Assembly (NCBI RefSeq): GCF_009914755.1
Contig: NC_060943.1
DNA length: 64,000 bases
Strand: one strand, 5' to 3'
DNA from: the human T2T-CHM13v2.0 reference genome, Homo sapiens
Shown here: positions 15,191 to 29,502 of the stretch, piece by piece
Layout of the letters: each line of letters begins with the position of its first letter
Position numbering within the stretch: position 1 is the first letter of the stretch
Translations under genes and position numbers: made by a program
The notes under the pieces: generated by a model
What the model saw: only the letters and a program-made list of their open reading frames with translations
Databases searched by the model: none
Told to the model about the DNA's origin: nothing

Positions 15191-15600
15191 ATTTATGCGA
15201 TTGTTTTTGTTTTTAATTGGATAGTGGTGAGAATCGGGGAGGGTGGGGATGGGGGAATAAAATCCTGGCCTTTGAACACACTCTGCTCCCTGTGGAGTCA
15301 GTGTGGCTGGCATCAAAGAGCGCTTTCTGCTATGAAGATCTCTGATCCCGCATGTACTCTGGACCCTTCCCGGCTGGGAGGGCTGAGGGCTGATGTCTGG
15401 GCTGCCAGCCCAGTTCTTTAGCCCGGCAACTTTTCACTTCACCACCCCAGCCTCTGTTTATCTTCCTATAAATAGGTCACAATAGTGCCTCCTAGAGGCT
15501 CCATGAGAGTAAAGCGAGTTCTTCAACAGGAAACACTTCAGGCCTGGAAAATAATATCCAGTAAAAAAATTAAAAGAAAGTTTAAAAATGCATAAGCAGT

Positions 15601-15918
<318 letters not shown>

Positions 15919-17031
15919 CCATAAGCAGTAATGCGTTGTTTGAAGAGCTGTCTTGGGGGATGTTTCTATGTTGCTCCCTGCACACAGCAGACTGGGGGGA
16001 TCAGTGGAGGAAGCTTAGCTCAGCTCAGTTGAGAGATCCATGGCCCTGTGGGCTGAGGAGGGCCTGCCTGGGATTGAAGTTTCACAGGAAAATCACCTTT
16101 GCTGCATTTCCTGAAAGTGGCTCCTGAAGATCCTGGTCACTCAAAGGCCATGTGACTGGCCCAGGAGGGTCTGGTGCTGGGTAAATTCTGTTTCGAAACC
16201 ATCTGGAGATCCTTGCTTCTGCCAAAAAGACACCCTTTCCATGTCCATTCCAGGCTCGAGGGAACAAGCCAGGTTTCCCTTTTGCTGGACAAAGTGCTCC
16301 TAGAAAACAGGTTAAGGGGATCAGCAGCAGCGTGGAGAGATTTGGGGTTTGGGTATTTGGGGGGCCCTAGGCAGCAGGCACAGTCACTAGGGGATCAGAG
16401 GACTGAGAGGAAAGGAGGGGTCACTGTCTGGAGACATTGCACATTCTGGTGCACTGCATGGACAGGTGATTCCTGGTGTGTCTGGGATTCCTGTGGTGGC
16501 CCCTTTTGGGAGACTTTATTTGGGATCCTGGGGTCCAGGCTGGGGCCCCTGCAGCCCCAAAGGGCTCTGAGGAGGGACCCTCGATACATCTCACCTAGGT
16601 ACCCATGAAGATGGGACTACACCAAGTTTGTTGCTTTAGGGTTGATCTAGACAGAAGGTGCCTATCTGCAGACATGCCACAGACATGCGTGTGCATGCTC
16701 GCTTGCTGATCACGGCTCACCTGGTCTCCCAGGAGGTTCTGAGCTTAGGCCCAGCCCTCCCAGCAGCAGGTGCACTGCCTCCCAGTCTCCCATCACTCAG
16801 GATGCTTGAGCTGCTTCTCATCTTTGATGAGGTGGCTCAGGCCCTGCTGCTGGGTTCCTTCTCACATCAGAAGCTGGCCGGGTCCGACACGTTCCCTCCT
16901 GTCCGCTCTTCTTTTCTCCCTCCCTTTCCCTGCCTCCTCCCTCCCTTCCACTCCCTCCTCTCTTTTCTCCCCTCTCCTCCCATCCTCTGCTGGGGATCCC
17001 GGCAGGCACTGGCTGCACTCACGTCCTTCCA

Positions 17032-17045
17032 CCAGTAGATGGCGG
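17032..17045 (+). promoter_or_regulatory. CTCF core motif (predicted)
   Basis: CCAGTAGATGGCGG matches CCASYAGRKGGCRS. Confidence 0.55.
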
Positions 17046-17277
17046 CCTCTGCACAGAAGTGGAACCCACATTTCTATTACTGTTTAGGCTTTGAGAGGGG
17101 GCTTTCTGAGCCTCAAGGTGGGGTGTTCTAGGAACAGCTCCGGGCTCTGGGGGTAGCAGAATCCTCAGAAGCCCACACATGGGGTAAGGCGGGAGCTGGA
17201 AACCTCGCGGATCTAGTTTCCCTTGCCTCAGAGCTGGGACCCAGAAATACCTTTTAATTGCTTTATTTGTTTTCTCT

Positions 17278-17410
17278 GTGTGTATATATATAATATAAAT
17301 ATACACACAAAATATATATATTCAAAAATATATATGTAAAATATATGTATGTGTATATATGTGTGTGTGTGTATATATATATATATATGTATGTATGTAT
17401 GTATGCATAT
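17278..17410. repeat. Compound (TA)n/(TG)n/(TATG)n low-complexity repeat
   Basis: Directly visible. Confidence 0.9.
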
Positions 17411-17774
17411 TTTAAAAGACTTATTCACATTGAAAATCCAGGATATTTTACAGAGCATATCAGGCAATTTCTGGAAAAGTCAGAAGTTGTGGTAACCCTG
17501 GGCTCATGTCTCCTGGGCCACAGGGGAAGGTGCTGAGTATCGCCTGACCCTTGGGGCAGCTGTTCTCAGGCCTACCTTGGTGTAAGCTCTTGCCCTACCC
17601 AATTTTCCCAGGAATGCAAACTGTGCTGTAAGCTGGGCCCTCTTGTCTAAACTAACCTCGTTAGCATCTCGCAGTAGCACAGCACCGAGGACTAATGACT
17701 GAACACATGCTGTGTGCTGTAGACCTCCCGAGCACCAGGTACTGTCTCCATCTGAATTCATTTACACGCCTGAA

Positions 17775-17875
17775 CAGGTGTAATTATCCCCAGCTTACAG
17801 AAGGGGAAACTGAGGCTCAGAGGAGCAATCGCCTGTCCCAGTAGCAGAACAGGGGTGACTTGCACACAGGCTTGC
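17775..17875 (-). mobile_element. MIR core fragment
   Basis: attatccccagcttacagaaggggaaactgaggctcagag. Confidence 0.65.
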
Positions 17876-18349
17876 CTGGTGGAAAAGCTGGGTTAGTGCC
17901 TGGTTGGCCCTTGGGTGCAGGGAGGGGGCACCTGCACCCTCCCACGCTATCAGCCTCTCCCTCTGTGTGCGTTAGCTGCTTTCTGTGTCCATCCGGGAGG
18001 CCTCCCCCATGCCGAAGCTGCCTGTGAGTGGGAAGGTGGGTGGTTAGGAGACCTGAAATGCCGAAGTGTCCCCAATGGCCTGGATCAAGGTTAATTGAAG
18101 GGACTGACCATGACTGTGTATAAAACAATGTCAGAAGACTCTCTCAGCTAGAGTTTTTTCTAGCTTTTTTTTTTTTTTTAATTAATGAGAAGTGAGGTAA
18201 TCTCACCTTTTCAGATTCCCAGAGTAAATGAAGACCTACCTGCTCTGGAAGCCCAGAGCATGTCAGGTTGTCTTGGATATAGAGTACATGAACAGCTCCC
18301 AGCCTATTTACTACAGTACTAGATAACAATAGCAGAGCAGTAGTGTTAG

Positions 18350-18540
18350 TATACACTCAGCATGTCCTGAGTGCTTGCAATGTGCTAAGAACTATGCTGT
18401 GAAGGTCAAACCCTATAAGGTATACATTGTTATTAGCCTCATTTCATCGATGGGGAAACGCAGGCTCAGAGAGGTTAAGTAACTTGTCTAAGGTCACACA
18501 GCTGGTAATTGGCAGGGCTAGATTTGAAGCCAGGTCCTCA
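18350..18540 (-). mobile_element. MIR
   Basis: ctcatttcatcgatggggaaacgcaggctcagagaggttaagtaacttgtctaaggtcacacagct. Confidence 0.85.
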
Positions 18541-21500
18541 GGGCACTATCCTTTCAAGGAATTCTATCGAAATGGCATGTAATTGGCTCTAAAATAACTG
18601 GAGTGCCCTTCAGAAGTGCTAACTGCTCCAAGTTATCTGGATTCTTCTTGGATGTTAAATGTAATATTAGAAAAAAAATTTTTAGTTCATGATGATGGTC
18701 TTGGCCACATTTTCTCTCTCTCCAGGAAATAAATTTTTGCAAAATTAAGATATTTATTTGCCCTGGAGACTCTACACCATGTAGAGATTCCACAGTGGGG
18801 GCTCCTGACCTTGAGTTTGAGGGGAGGGGGTGTGATTGACTTTCTTTTGCTTGCTAGGACAGGTCCTGCATCCCTGGGCCAATCAGGGGCCCCTTCTAGA
18901 ATTTTCTGCCTAATACACTGCTAACCCTGTCCCAGGCCAGGCTACAGTTGCTTCCTGGTGTGTCTGAGTTTTTGTGTGGGGGCGCCTTCTGGGAGCTTAA
19001 AAGCTCAGGATCTTGGCGGCCAATTTGAGGGTCCCTGCAGTCCCAAAGGACACTGAGGAGGGACCCTTGTTATGCCTCTCCCAGGTACCCGTGAAGATGG
19101 AGCCACCAAAGTTTGTTACCTTAGAGTTGACCCAGATCTGTGGTGAGGGGAAGTCGGCTCCAGCCTCTGCGCTGCCTCTCTCTGCTGATGGCTCCCTGGG
19201 GGCTCGGTGTAGGTCTCCTCTATAAGGCGGGTCATATTTGCCACACCCACTTCGAGGCCATGTGAAGGGGCCGCGTGGGAGGTGCCCAGTTCTTGGCTGG
19301 TGGAAAAGTCGTTTGTTGCTGTGATCACAGGAGCTCCCAACTCATTCCACCTTCTCTAAGCCAGCTCCGATTCCTGAGGACCACCTGTGTGCCCAAGCCT
19401 GGTTGGGGCGTTTCTGGTTAATTAGGAAAGGGATCCCATACCCCAAATGCCCAGAAGAAGGAGCCAGAGGTTTAGAAGGGCCAGGCCACGGAGGAGCAGC
19501 TCAGCGAGGGTGGTCTCTGAGTGGGCAGCGGGGGCAAGGGTTGTCGGGGGACCCCCTCACACGCCTGGGTGCATTGTGCTCATGGTGGCCCCTGCCCCTG
19601 GAACTATGAATGTGGCAGTCCTGGAGGCTTCCTAGAGCCCAGCTAGATCATTCCTGGAGGGAAGGGGACAGCAGGAGCAATTGTCCCAATGCCACAGTGG
19701 GGCGATGCACAGGCGGCTGGCGCTCCCTGTCTGTTTTTGGAGAGGAAATGACACGACCTGCAGCTGGGTAGACTGCCTCTTGTCTGGTCGGGTCTCCTCC
19801 ATTTCTGTTCCTCACGCGCTTCCCTAAACTGGGCATCTGGCAGGCTCAGCCGGGCAGACGTGTTCCAAGGACCACTGGCATTTGTGATGGCTGAGTCCTG
19901 TGCCTGCGGGAGGGGCGGCCCCCATCCCTCACACACTCCCTTTAGGCGGTGCCTGGCCGTGGTCAGCTTCCCCGGGGACTCAGCCTCGGTGTCCAGCCTG
20001 ATGAAGAAAGAAGGGACAGGCTCCTGGAGAGTAGGGGACTGCCAGGCCACTTCCGCAGGCAGGCGGAGGGGTCCCTTGGCCTCCCTGTCCTCAGCCCCGG
20101 AGAATCCCACTCTCCTGCTGCGGGGACCTGAACTTCGGGAATCCCGAGATGGCCGCAAGAGGGCGCCCGATCCTCGCAGAAGGACAAGGCTCCACTTTCC
20201 CTAAAACCTGAAAGAAGCTTGCAGGGGGGCTGCGTGGGGTAGAGGGCACCAACTGACAAACACCCAATTTTGCTGTCTCTCAGGGTGTTCGGAGCAAGTA
20301 TGGAAATAAAAACTGTTCCTATTGTTGGAAAAAATTAAAGGAGAAAAGACCTCAGGTTAACCGCTTTGTTCAATGACGTATTCATTGTGGCAATGTGCAC
20401 GAATAGAGCGTCTGCTGAGTGCTAGGCTGGAGGAGTTCTATGAACTAGGGCGGACTGGATTGTTCCTGCTTCTACAGGAGGGAAGAGAACGAAGTGGGCA
20501 AAAGAGCTGAGCCCAGAGTCACACAGACTCACGCCTGCATCTGCCTCTCTCCAAAGCAGCTTTTCCCTTTCCCCTCATCCTGCCCAGGTGGGAGAGGGCG
20601 GGCCCGGGACTCACGGGCTTCTTAGCCTCTGGCGCAGCATGGCGTCTTGTGGCTAGGTGCCAGAAGCTGGCGGAAGGAGGGGTACGTGGGAGGCTTAGTG
20701 CAATGGGGGAACGAATTCCTGAGGCTCCTCTCTCCTCCCCATCCCGCCCATCCCTAGGGCCCAGCCTCAGGCTTCCTCTGAGACTCCTCCCCTCCTGCGC
20801 CGCTTCTCATTCGCTTAGTGCACTGGGATCAGCATGCCTGAGTTCGAATCCCGTCTTTTGCCCTCATTCGCTGAGTGGCCTTGGAAAACTGTGGCATTCA
20901 TTTGGGCTGGGTGTTCTGCCTGTGAAATCCGTGGTCACGATGACTGCACCTGTGTAGGACGATCCTATAGATCAGATGAGAAAATCCATGCCAGGAAGGC
21001 TGTCTGTGGGATGCCCGGCCCATGGCAAGCACCTACTCAACACGGGCTGTTAATATAGTCCTTGTCATCGTTGTCTTCTCGGCCTTGCCAGGTTGGACAC
21101 TGAGCTCCCCCGCAGACGGGTCTCGGGGAATGAACTGTTCACTACGAAGTCCAAAGAGAGTTTCATTTGGTTTTGTTGGGGGAGGCATTTCCCAGGCTCT
21201 TCCTCGTGGAGTCTGAGAACAGAGACAGAGGCCTTCCTTCCCCAGAGACGCCTTTCCGGACTGGCCCCTTGGTGCCTCTCTTGCCCACGCCCTTCAGGCA
21301 GGTTCTGAAGGCAGGAGCCATTCCCGGGTCCATCCCTTCAGCCCGGGAGCCTGGCTCTCTGCTGTATCCCTGCCAGGCTGTAACAGCGAGAGCACAGAGA
21401 AGGTACTCTGTCCACTCTATCAAATGGATGAATGATTGCCCATTTCATGGCCAAGAACATTCTGCTGCTCTATCCAGGCTCCTCTCCCCACCCCATTCTG

Positions 21501-23254
21501 CCCATCCCTAGGGCCCAGCCTCAGGCTTCCCCTGAGACTCCTCCCCTCCCCTTCTCTTTCTCATTCAATCATTCTTTCATTTTCCCGTTCACTCAATGCA
21601 CGCACGTGCTTCTGCATGTGAGGCTCACCACAAGCCCTAGAGGAACAAGGATGAATGCATCATTATCCTATCTGCCAGAGGATCGCCATGGTGCAGGCCC
21701 ACAGGTACCTAGGGGGTATAACTCAGCATGGGTGTTGCCCTTAGGCAAATCACCAATGACCCATGTTCAGGCTTGACATTGGGGAAGGGGTCATGTGTCC
21801 AGTCTGAAATCTGGAGGAAATTGTTAGGTGCCCGTGACATAGTTGGGGGCTTCCCAGCCAAAGGAGTAGCATGTGATGATCACTGGAAAGGTTGGCCCAG
21901 CCGGGGAGCTGAAGGGTCTGTCCTAGAGCAAATGCAGAGGGTGTGGAAGCAGTGACCAGGGACAGGCCTGGAGAGAGACTGTGGCCAGGTCACGGAGGCC
22001 TTGTCAACTCAGCAGAGATGATGGCGGCTTCATCCAAGTGACTCTGGGGCTTCAGGGGTGCAGAGCAGGAAGAACTGAGGGAGAAGGAGAAGGGGAAGCG
22101 GGGCAGGGGTGGAGGCCCCAGGTGCTGAGAGGGCACAGCCTCACTGGAGGGAGGTGGCTCTTCCTCAGTGACCAGAGGTGAGGAGGAGGCGGGCAGTCTG
22201 CAGTGACATGGGGATATGTCTAACTAGTGTTTATAGCACCTGCGCTATCTCAGGAAGCACTAGGTATAAATAGATACTCAGCAGACATTTGTTCAGTGAC
22301 GAACAAACAGCCTCAACTTGGGTGGTTGCAATTTCAAAATGCATTCTTCCGACCCTGGGAGGCTGCCAAGATCCTTGCTTGGCAAGATCCCTGAGAATGT
22401 CCTTCTAGTCCTGGTACAGCTGGAAGGATCTCTGGGAGGGTCTGTGGCCATTGGACTTGAGGCATCAAGACAGGCCCATCATCTACCCAGGAGTTCTTTT
22501 CTCAGTAGGACTTTACGGAGCGTGGTCACCGCCCTGGGACCCGGCCCACTCAGCCAAGGCTATGTCACTCACTGGGGCCGTCCAGGCCTTCACTTGGGTC
22601 ACCCGATTCCCATCTCAACGTTTCTTTTTCCTTGCTATAATATTTTATTCAAAACAAGATAGATTACTTGGCCAGAGAAACTGAACCCAGACAGACAGAA
22701 AATAGCTTCCCCTTTTATTCTGCAATTCAGAACTTCTTACAAATGATCTGCCAGTTGGGGTGCCCCATCCCCTGGAGGAGTCTGTGTGTGCAGAGGGGCC
22801 ATAATTGTGCTGATGATATAGAGACTTAAGTGACCACCCCAGGGCTGCCGTTGCTCAGGTGTGTTTCTGGCATTCCCAAGTTGGTACCCTTACATGCAAT
22901 ATTTTACATTAGAATGCATGCGTTTGAAATAGCGAATTGGTGAACATGTAAACCAGATGCTAAGAGGGCTTTGAGAGCTAGCCTGGGCACCCAATTACAA
23001 AAGGGGCATTATTTCCACAGCAAAGCATATTTCAGGGTCCATACAGCAAACAAGGTCAAATCTGAAAGATGGGGTCTGCAAACCTCCATCTTCTTTGTAG
23101 TGATGTTTTAATCCCATTCCTCTCCAATCCTAGCTCAAGAATCTGTTAGTAAGAGCATGGGGGAGAATGATGAGAAGCCTGGTTTAAAAAACAAACACAT
23201 CAAATTCTCTGCTACCACTTATGAGTTCTGTGACTTTAGTCCTTTGCTTGGAAT

Positions 23255-23500
23255 CTTCCAGAATCATACCCTAAGATAAGGATTTAGGCACAGGCAGTTT
23301 TTTGGGAGGAGGGAGAGAAGATCCCAGGAAGTACAAGGAGGGAGTGGGGGGAGCAGATGTAGGCGTGTTTTGAAGCAGGTGATCCCTGTGGGAAATGGAG
23401 TCTTATTCCTGCTGGGACCCTCCGAGGAACTATGTGGACAACCTCAAGAAAGCTGCGGTGTTTATAAGCCAGCCCCTATCCTGTCTTGGTTGAGTGTATT
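23255..23500. mobile_element. Old ERVL-class LTR fragment (LTR16/LTR33-like)
   Basis: ccctaagataaggatttaggcacaggcagttttttgggagg...atcccaggaag...ctgtgggaaatggagtc resembles my recollection of this family. Confidence 0.45.
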
Positions 23501-26361
23501 CCTGGGGTGTTCACCCTTTGGCCCTTTAATCCAATAAGAGCCCATGACTGGAGAACCCCCTTGGCCAGAAAGCCCCATATGCTTTGGCATATGTGGAAAC
23601 AGCCTGCAGGAGATGGCCCAGGGGAATGGGTGAGGACTCCAGTGCCCCTGTCACATGAGAATCGAGCCTCTCCGAGCCTCCATTTCCTCATCTGCACTGT
23701 CAGCTGTTCCAGCCCGCCTAGGACCCTTCCAGGGTGATCTGTATGATCTGTGTGACCTATGAGACATGAAATAGTGACAGATCTGAGCAGAAGCCAAGCA
23801 CAGCGCCTGGCCCTTCAGGGGCACACATGACATCACTGTTGTTTCATCACTTTTCTGCTTGGTCTTCCTCTGCCTAGATTCCAATATGAATTTTTTCAGT
23901 TCATCTTCAAATCTCTGCTCTCCTCTCCCTGGGGGAAATCTTCATTGCTCCACGCTGGGGTCCTGAACCCACTGAAAACATTCTCTCTGTGTCTGAGAAG
24001 CTGACTCAGATTTTCCTTTTGTAGACGGGTCTCCCGCCCTATGCCTGCCACGGGACTGGCACATACATCGCCCGCACAGCACCATGGCCCTGGCCACCCA
24101 GGCACATCTTAAATAAAAGCAATAGTAAAAGAGTCAAGCCAACCAGCCACAGCCACCCTTTTCTCCTCCTGTGGCTGAAGCCTGCAGTGCCCCTAAGCCT
24201 GCTATCTCGTCACCTCTTCCTGCCTCTGGGGCACACATCCCAACCTAACTCTCACATGCGTGCCCACCACCCCAAACCGTGCACGGACGCACGTCCCGAT
24301 GTCAGGTTCCCCATGTTTATAGGTAAAATATTACTGGTGACCGACACACAGCCTTTTTCTCCTACGTTGTCATTTTATGTTAATTGAATGCTAGTGTTAA
24401 TCTAATAGAGTTTAGATTTATGTTGGGTTCTGTAGCGAGTCATATTTTAATCAATACACATTCCAACATTTAGATGGACAGATGAGAAAAGCAGCTTCAT
24501 CTCCGCACTTGGGTTCCATCAGCTGTCAATAATTCCCCATTTGAATCCTTCAGATGGTCAGATTTATGGGTTTGAGTATATTGCATTCATCACAGAAATT
24601 AACTTTTGGTGGAACTGATGTGAAAGCTCACATCACATCTCCAAGAGGCAGATATTGTGTTTCAGAGCTGAGGCACTCGGAAATATTATCTGAGAGGAGC
24701 AGGTTGGCGGGGTGACAGCAGGAGATGGGATAGGGGCCTGGGTGGAGAAGGCTTTCAGGGCACAGTGCTCCTTAAGGCACGTAGGCATCACTCTGTGTCC
24801 CGTAAGCAGAGCTAGGGCTGGTTCTGGGCATCCTGTGCCATGCACCCTGTGCCCAGGCTGCCCGGGGATGGAGAGGGAGTGGTTGCATAGAGTCAGGTGA
24901 GAGAGGATGCTGTTCCTGCCAGGTAAAAGACTGAAAGACTCTTCTCTTGTGGACCTTGGCTGGTCCTACTCTCAGGTTAATTTCTCAGGAAGCAGAGCCA
25001 GAGTTAAGAAATCAGGGCATCCAGGTTTACTTGACATGTGACTGATGGAGTATTGGGAAGGGAAGGAAACCAATGGAGTGTATGCCCTCAATCCAGGTGG
25101 GCAGTTGGAGTTTTGGGGAGCTCTGGGACCTGAAGAGCACTCCTCAGAGTGACCCCACCTGAGAGGTGAGGAAGCTGCCTTTGTCTGGTAAATTGCTGCC
25201 CATCGTGGGTGGAGGCCAGCTTGAGCTCTAAATATGAACTCGGAGGCACTTTCAGCTTGTCCAGCTTGCCTCTGTAGCTGGGATGTCAATAAAAGCCTCC
25301 TGTATAGTGTGTTCTTGGTTGGTATTCGAGGTAGGCAGCTTTTTGCATTTAGAGATGGGAGTCAAGTAGACAGGGCAGGACATGCTCAGAGATGGTCCTT
25401 CCAGCCATCCCCCTGTGGTCAGGGAGAATGACACCCTGCTGCTTGAACAGGTCACGTGGGCATCGGGCTGGGCTCCACTGCTTACCTGCCCGCCTTGTCA
25501 AAATCCCTTCCCCCTGAGAAACTCCTGCAGCTGAAGGTGGCTGAGAGGCTCTGTTTCCACAACTCCCAAGAGACACAGATAACAGTGCAGTGCTCCACGA
25601 GGCTCAGTTTCTCTCTCTGGCCTCATGTTCTCTGGCTTTCATTCCTGTAGCTATCTATAGGACAGTGCTTATTGATCTTGGAATCCGTTTGCCGCACCTC
25701 TAAGGAACTGGATATGCCATTTAGGCTTTGGGGGCCATTAGACACTTCCACAGAGATTTGTATCAGAAGTAGCAACCACTCGTCTCTGTTTCTGCCATGT
25801 AAACAGGCAAATGGATTTGCCCTTGAGTTTGCTGATGCAAGCGTTCAAAGTGCAATGAGCCCAGAGCTTCTACCTGATGGACCCCTCAAAGGTGTCCGTT
25901 GCTCTATGGCCAGTGAGCAGAGACAGGTGAGAAAGTACGCTGTTCCTAACAGGTGAAAGACTGAAAGACTCTTCTCCTGTGGACCTCGGCTGGTCCTACT
26001 CTCAGGGCAACTTTTCAGGAAGCAGAACCAGAGTTTAGAAATCAGGTCATTCAGGTTTATTTGAGATGTAACCCATGGCTTATCACGAAAGGAAGGAAAC
26101 CAAGAAAGTGTGGATTGGAGAAGGAGCTGGGAAGGCTCACAGCTGCATGCCTTGAAATCTCATCTTGAGATGTCTGTTTCTGCTTTATTTCCAGAGGCAA
26201 AGGTAATGAGTGCGCCCACTCTGATTTCTCTGTCTCCTGGCACCCAGAAAAAAGAGGAGACATTCCTTGACTTTCCAGTCTAGCTATTCTTTCTTCAGAG
26301 GAGACAAAAAGATGGCTATAGAGATGACAGCCCTCTCAGTTTCTCTCCATGAAATGAGTGA

Positions 26362-26695
<334 letters not shown>

Positions 26696-27366
26696 AGAAA
26701 TGCACTTTTGTTTTTAAACTTCAAACACTTTGGGAAATTCATTGACTCTTCATGTCTTTGCATGCAGTTTATTCTGGGTGCTCATGGGAAATGATTTCCT
26801 TGCCTCTACTGTGAGCAAGATGAACATGAACCTTTGTGCATAAAACCTGAACTGTGCCCATTGAGAGTCTATGGCCATCTGTGAATGTGTAAAGAAGATG
26901 GCTTTCACTCTGTGAGCCCCTTGTCAACATTGTAGGACAGGAAGTCACATGCCTCCATCATAGGTCTGCCTCGTGATCACAGCATTATTTGAGAACATAT
27001 CTGTATTTGCAAAAATCCATTATAACTCCCTTGTTGTTGGGGATGCAGTTAATAAGTGAAGGTAACACAAAATATGATTTCAAATCAGTTTAATAAAATT
27101 ATTCATGTAGATTTTAAATCATTTTTACAGTTGATTTAACATTTGTGACTGGTTTATAGATTTTGATATAGGATGGTGTTTGCATCTTTGCAATTTTATT
27201 CCAATTTAGAAACAGTACAAATATTAATTTTTGCTTCAATAATGGAGCCTTAGAGAATTAAACTTGTCTTTTCTCCACACACATTTTATGAAAATGATTT
27301 TAATATGATTTTAAATATATCTTTTGAGGAACTTCTTGCAGGGAAGCCCTTTGAACAGGGACTTAA

Positions 27367-27642
<276 letters not shown>

Positions 27643-29374
27643 TAACAATTACGAGCCCAAATTAATGTATACCTTGGCTCATACCTGCTGGGCTGCCGCA
27701 ATCTCCCTGGGGCCAGGCCAGCTGGATCTGTGCTGAAACCAGACACCTGGCTGGTGCTCGGGAGAGGTTTTGGCTTCACAATCCCAGCCTCTGATGGTTT
27801 TCTTGGTTACCTCAGGATTACCTGCTTCTCGGTTTCTTATTGGTGTTATACTTAAGATCTCAACAGCCAGGTGACCATGTGCAGGCATTGGAGTTGGCCC
27901 TATCAATTTGGCCTCTGAAAGGTGCCCTCCTGGCTATTGATGCATCTGCAGAGGGCAGCACAGTGACAAGGACAGGGCCCTGGCCACCCTTGGCCATCCA
28001 CCTGGGGCTGTGGCCAAGGCACTTTCCAGCTCAGCACAGTGTGCCTTGGTGAGGACATTCACTGCTCTCCATGCAGGATCCTGGCCCTCAGGCCCAGAGC
28101 AAAATGTCCCCCGGGGACACAGGAAAAGCTGGCGGCAGGCTGACCTCTTGGGTCCTGTCTAGCTCTGACCCCTGCATGCTGCAGATACAGATAACTGCAC
28201 TGTTTTTGTGAATTATATGTAATTGTAGAGACTGGGATAACCAATGACTTTGATCTTTTGCGATTTTTGTCTTTCCTGGCATCAAGAAACCACTTAAAAG
28301 CCTCCTAAGACCCTGAGCTCATAAAGCCCAAGTGAGGGGTGCTGCACGTGGCCTGCCCCCTCTGATTTGGGGGGACTTGGTGATCCCTGAATGGGAGTCT
28401 CTGCCCAGGAAAGGAAGGGCTGTTAGAGAGGGGATGGGGTGAACGGGAGGCACCCTGATGGGCACAGGTAGCCCCCAGCTATCACCCTGAGTCACCGAAC
28501 TTCCTTCCTTGGGAGGAGAAGAGGCAGGGTTTAGAGACTTCTTCTGGCCACGGCTGAGAATGTCAAAAGCTTGAGTGTTCGGTGACAGTTTATATTTAAA
28601 AGCAAACTATTTCAAGAGGATTTGGGATGAGAAATTAGACTGCAAAGGGTCCATGAAAAAGCAGCATCAAGAAACAATCAACAACTTGCAAGAGAAGCAA
28701 GGGGGTGCTGTCTTCAGGGACCGGAGAAGCCTCCATGGTACCACAGCTTTCCTCTTCAAAAGGCTGGGCCGGGTTATGGCCGCTGGCTGGGAGATGCTCA
28801 GGATGCGGGACAGGTTAGGGGCACTGTGTGCAGGGGGATTGCTCAGGGTCCTCAGCAGGGGTCGGAGAGGCTCACGGCCTTTCTGGTCTCCCTTCTGAGC
28901 CTGGATATCGGTGAGAGGCTCCAGGAGCCGAGTGCAGAGCCGATCCAGCCCAGCCTGTGACTCTGGCCACAGGCAGAGACCTGCACAAGGTCTGGCTTCC
29001 CTCCCTCCCCATCGCCCACTGTCCTTCTTCACCATCTTCTCTCAGGAAGCAGTTACCTGTCCCAGCTCAGTTTTCCCTTCTGCTCACAGCATCTTGACAG
29101 ACATGGTGGGAACCCAAGACAAGAGAAGGCATGATATTGCTCTTGAAACTGCAGATCCCAGGCAGATCCTGGCACTGGACTCCTAGAGCCAAGCAGGGAG
29201 CCTTGGGAGAAATCAGACTATGTCTGGAGCTTCCTTTAGAATTCCTCGGAGCTCCTTGGTACCCACCCCCAAGCCCCCCCACACACACCTATACCCTTAC
29301 TGTTTAGGCTTAACTTTTGCTTTTTGCCCTCTGGAAATAGGTCAGTTAAATCTTCATTCAAAATAAAGAGATTA

Positions 29375-29502
29375 AGGAGGCTGAGACAGAAGGGTCGCTT
29401 GAGGTCAGGAGGTTGAGACTGCCTTGAGCCAAGATAGTTCACTCCAGCCTGGGTGGCAGAGTGAGACTCCATCCTAAAAAGAAATGAATAAAATAAAATA
29501 AA
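29375..29502 (+). mobile_element. Truncated Alu right-arm (FRAM-like) fragment
   Basis: aggaggctgag...actccagcctgggtggcagagtgagactccatc plus (TAAAA)n tail. Confidence 0.85.

Noticed and set aside
15236-15255. G-quadruplex-capable GGGGAGGGTGGGGATGGGGG (similar at ~41968-41991)
   Set aside because: Such motifs are common in GC-rich human DNA and have no supporting context here.
19640-20260. GC-rich region with overlapping 100-170 aa ORFs; possible CpG-island promoter
   Set aside because: No recognisable domain, long ORFs are expected by chance at high GC, and CpG density is only moderate by eye.
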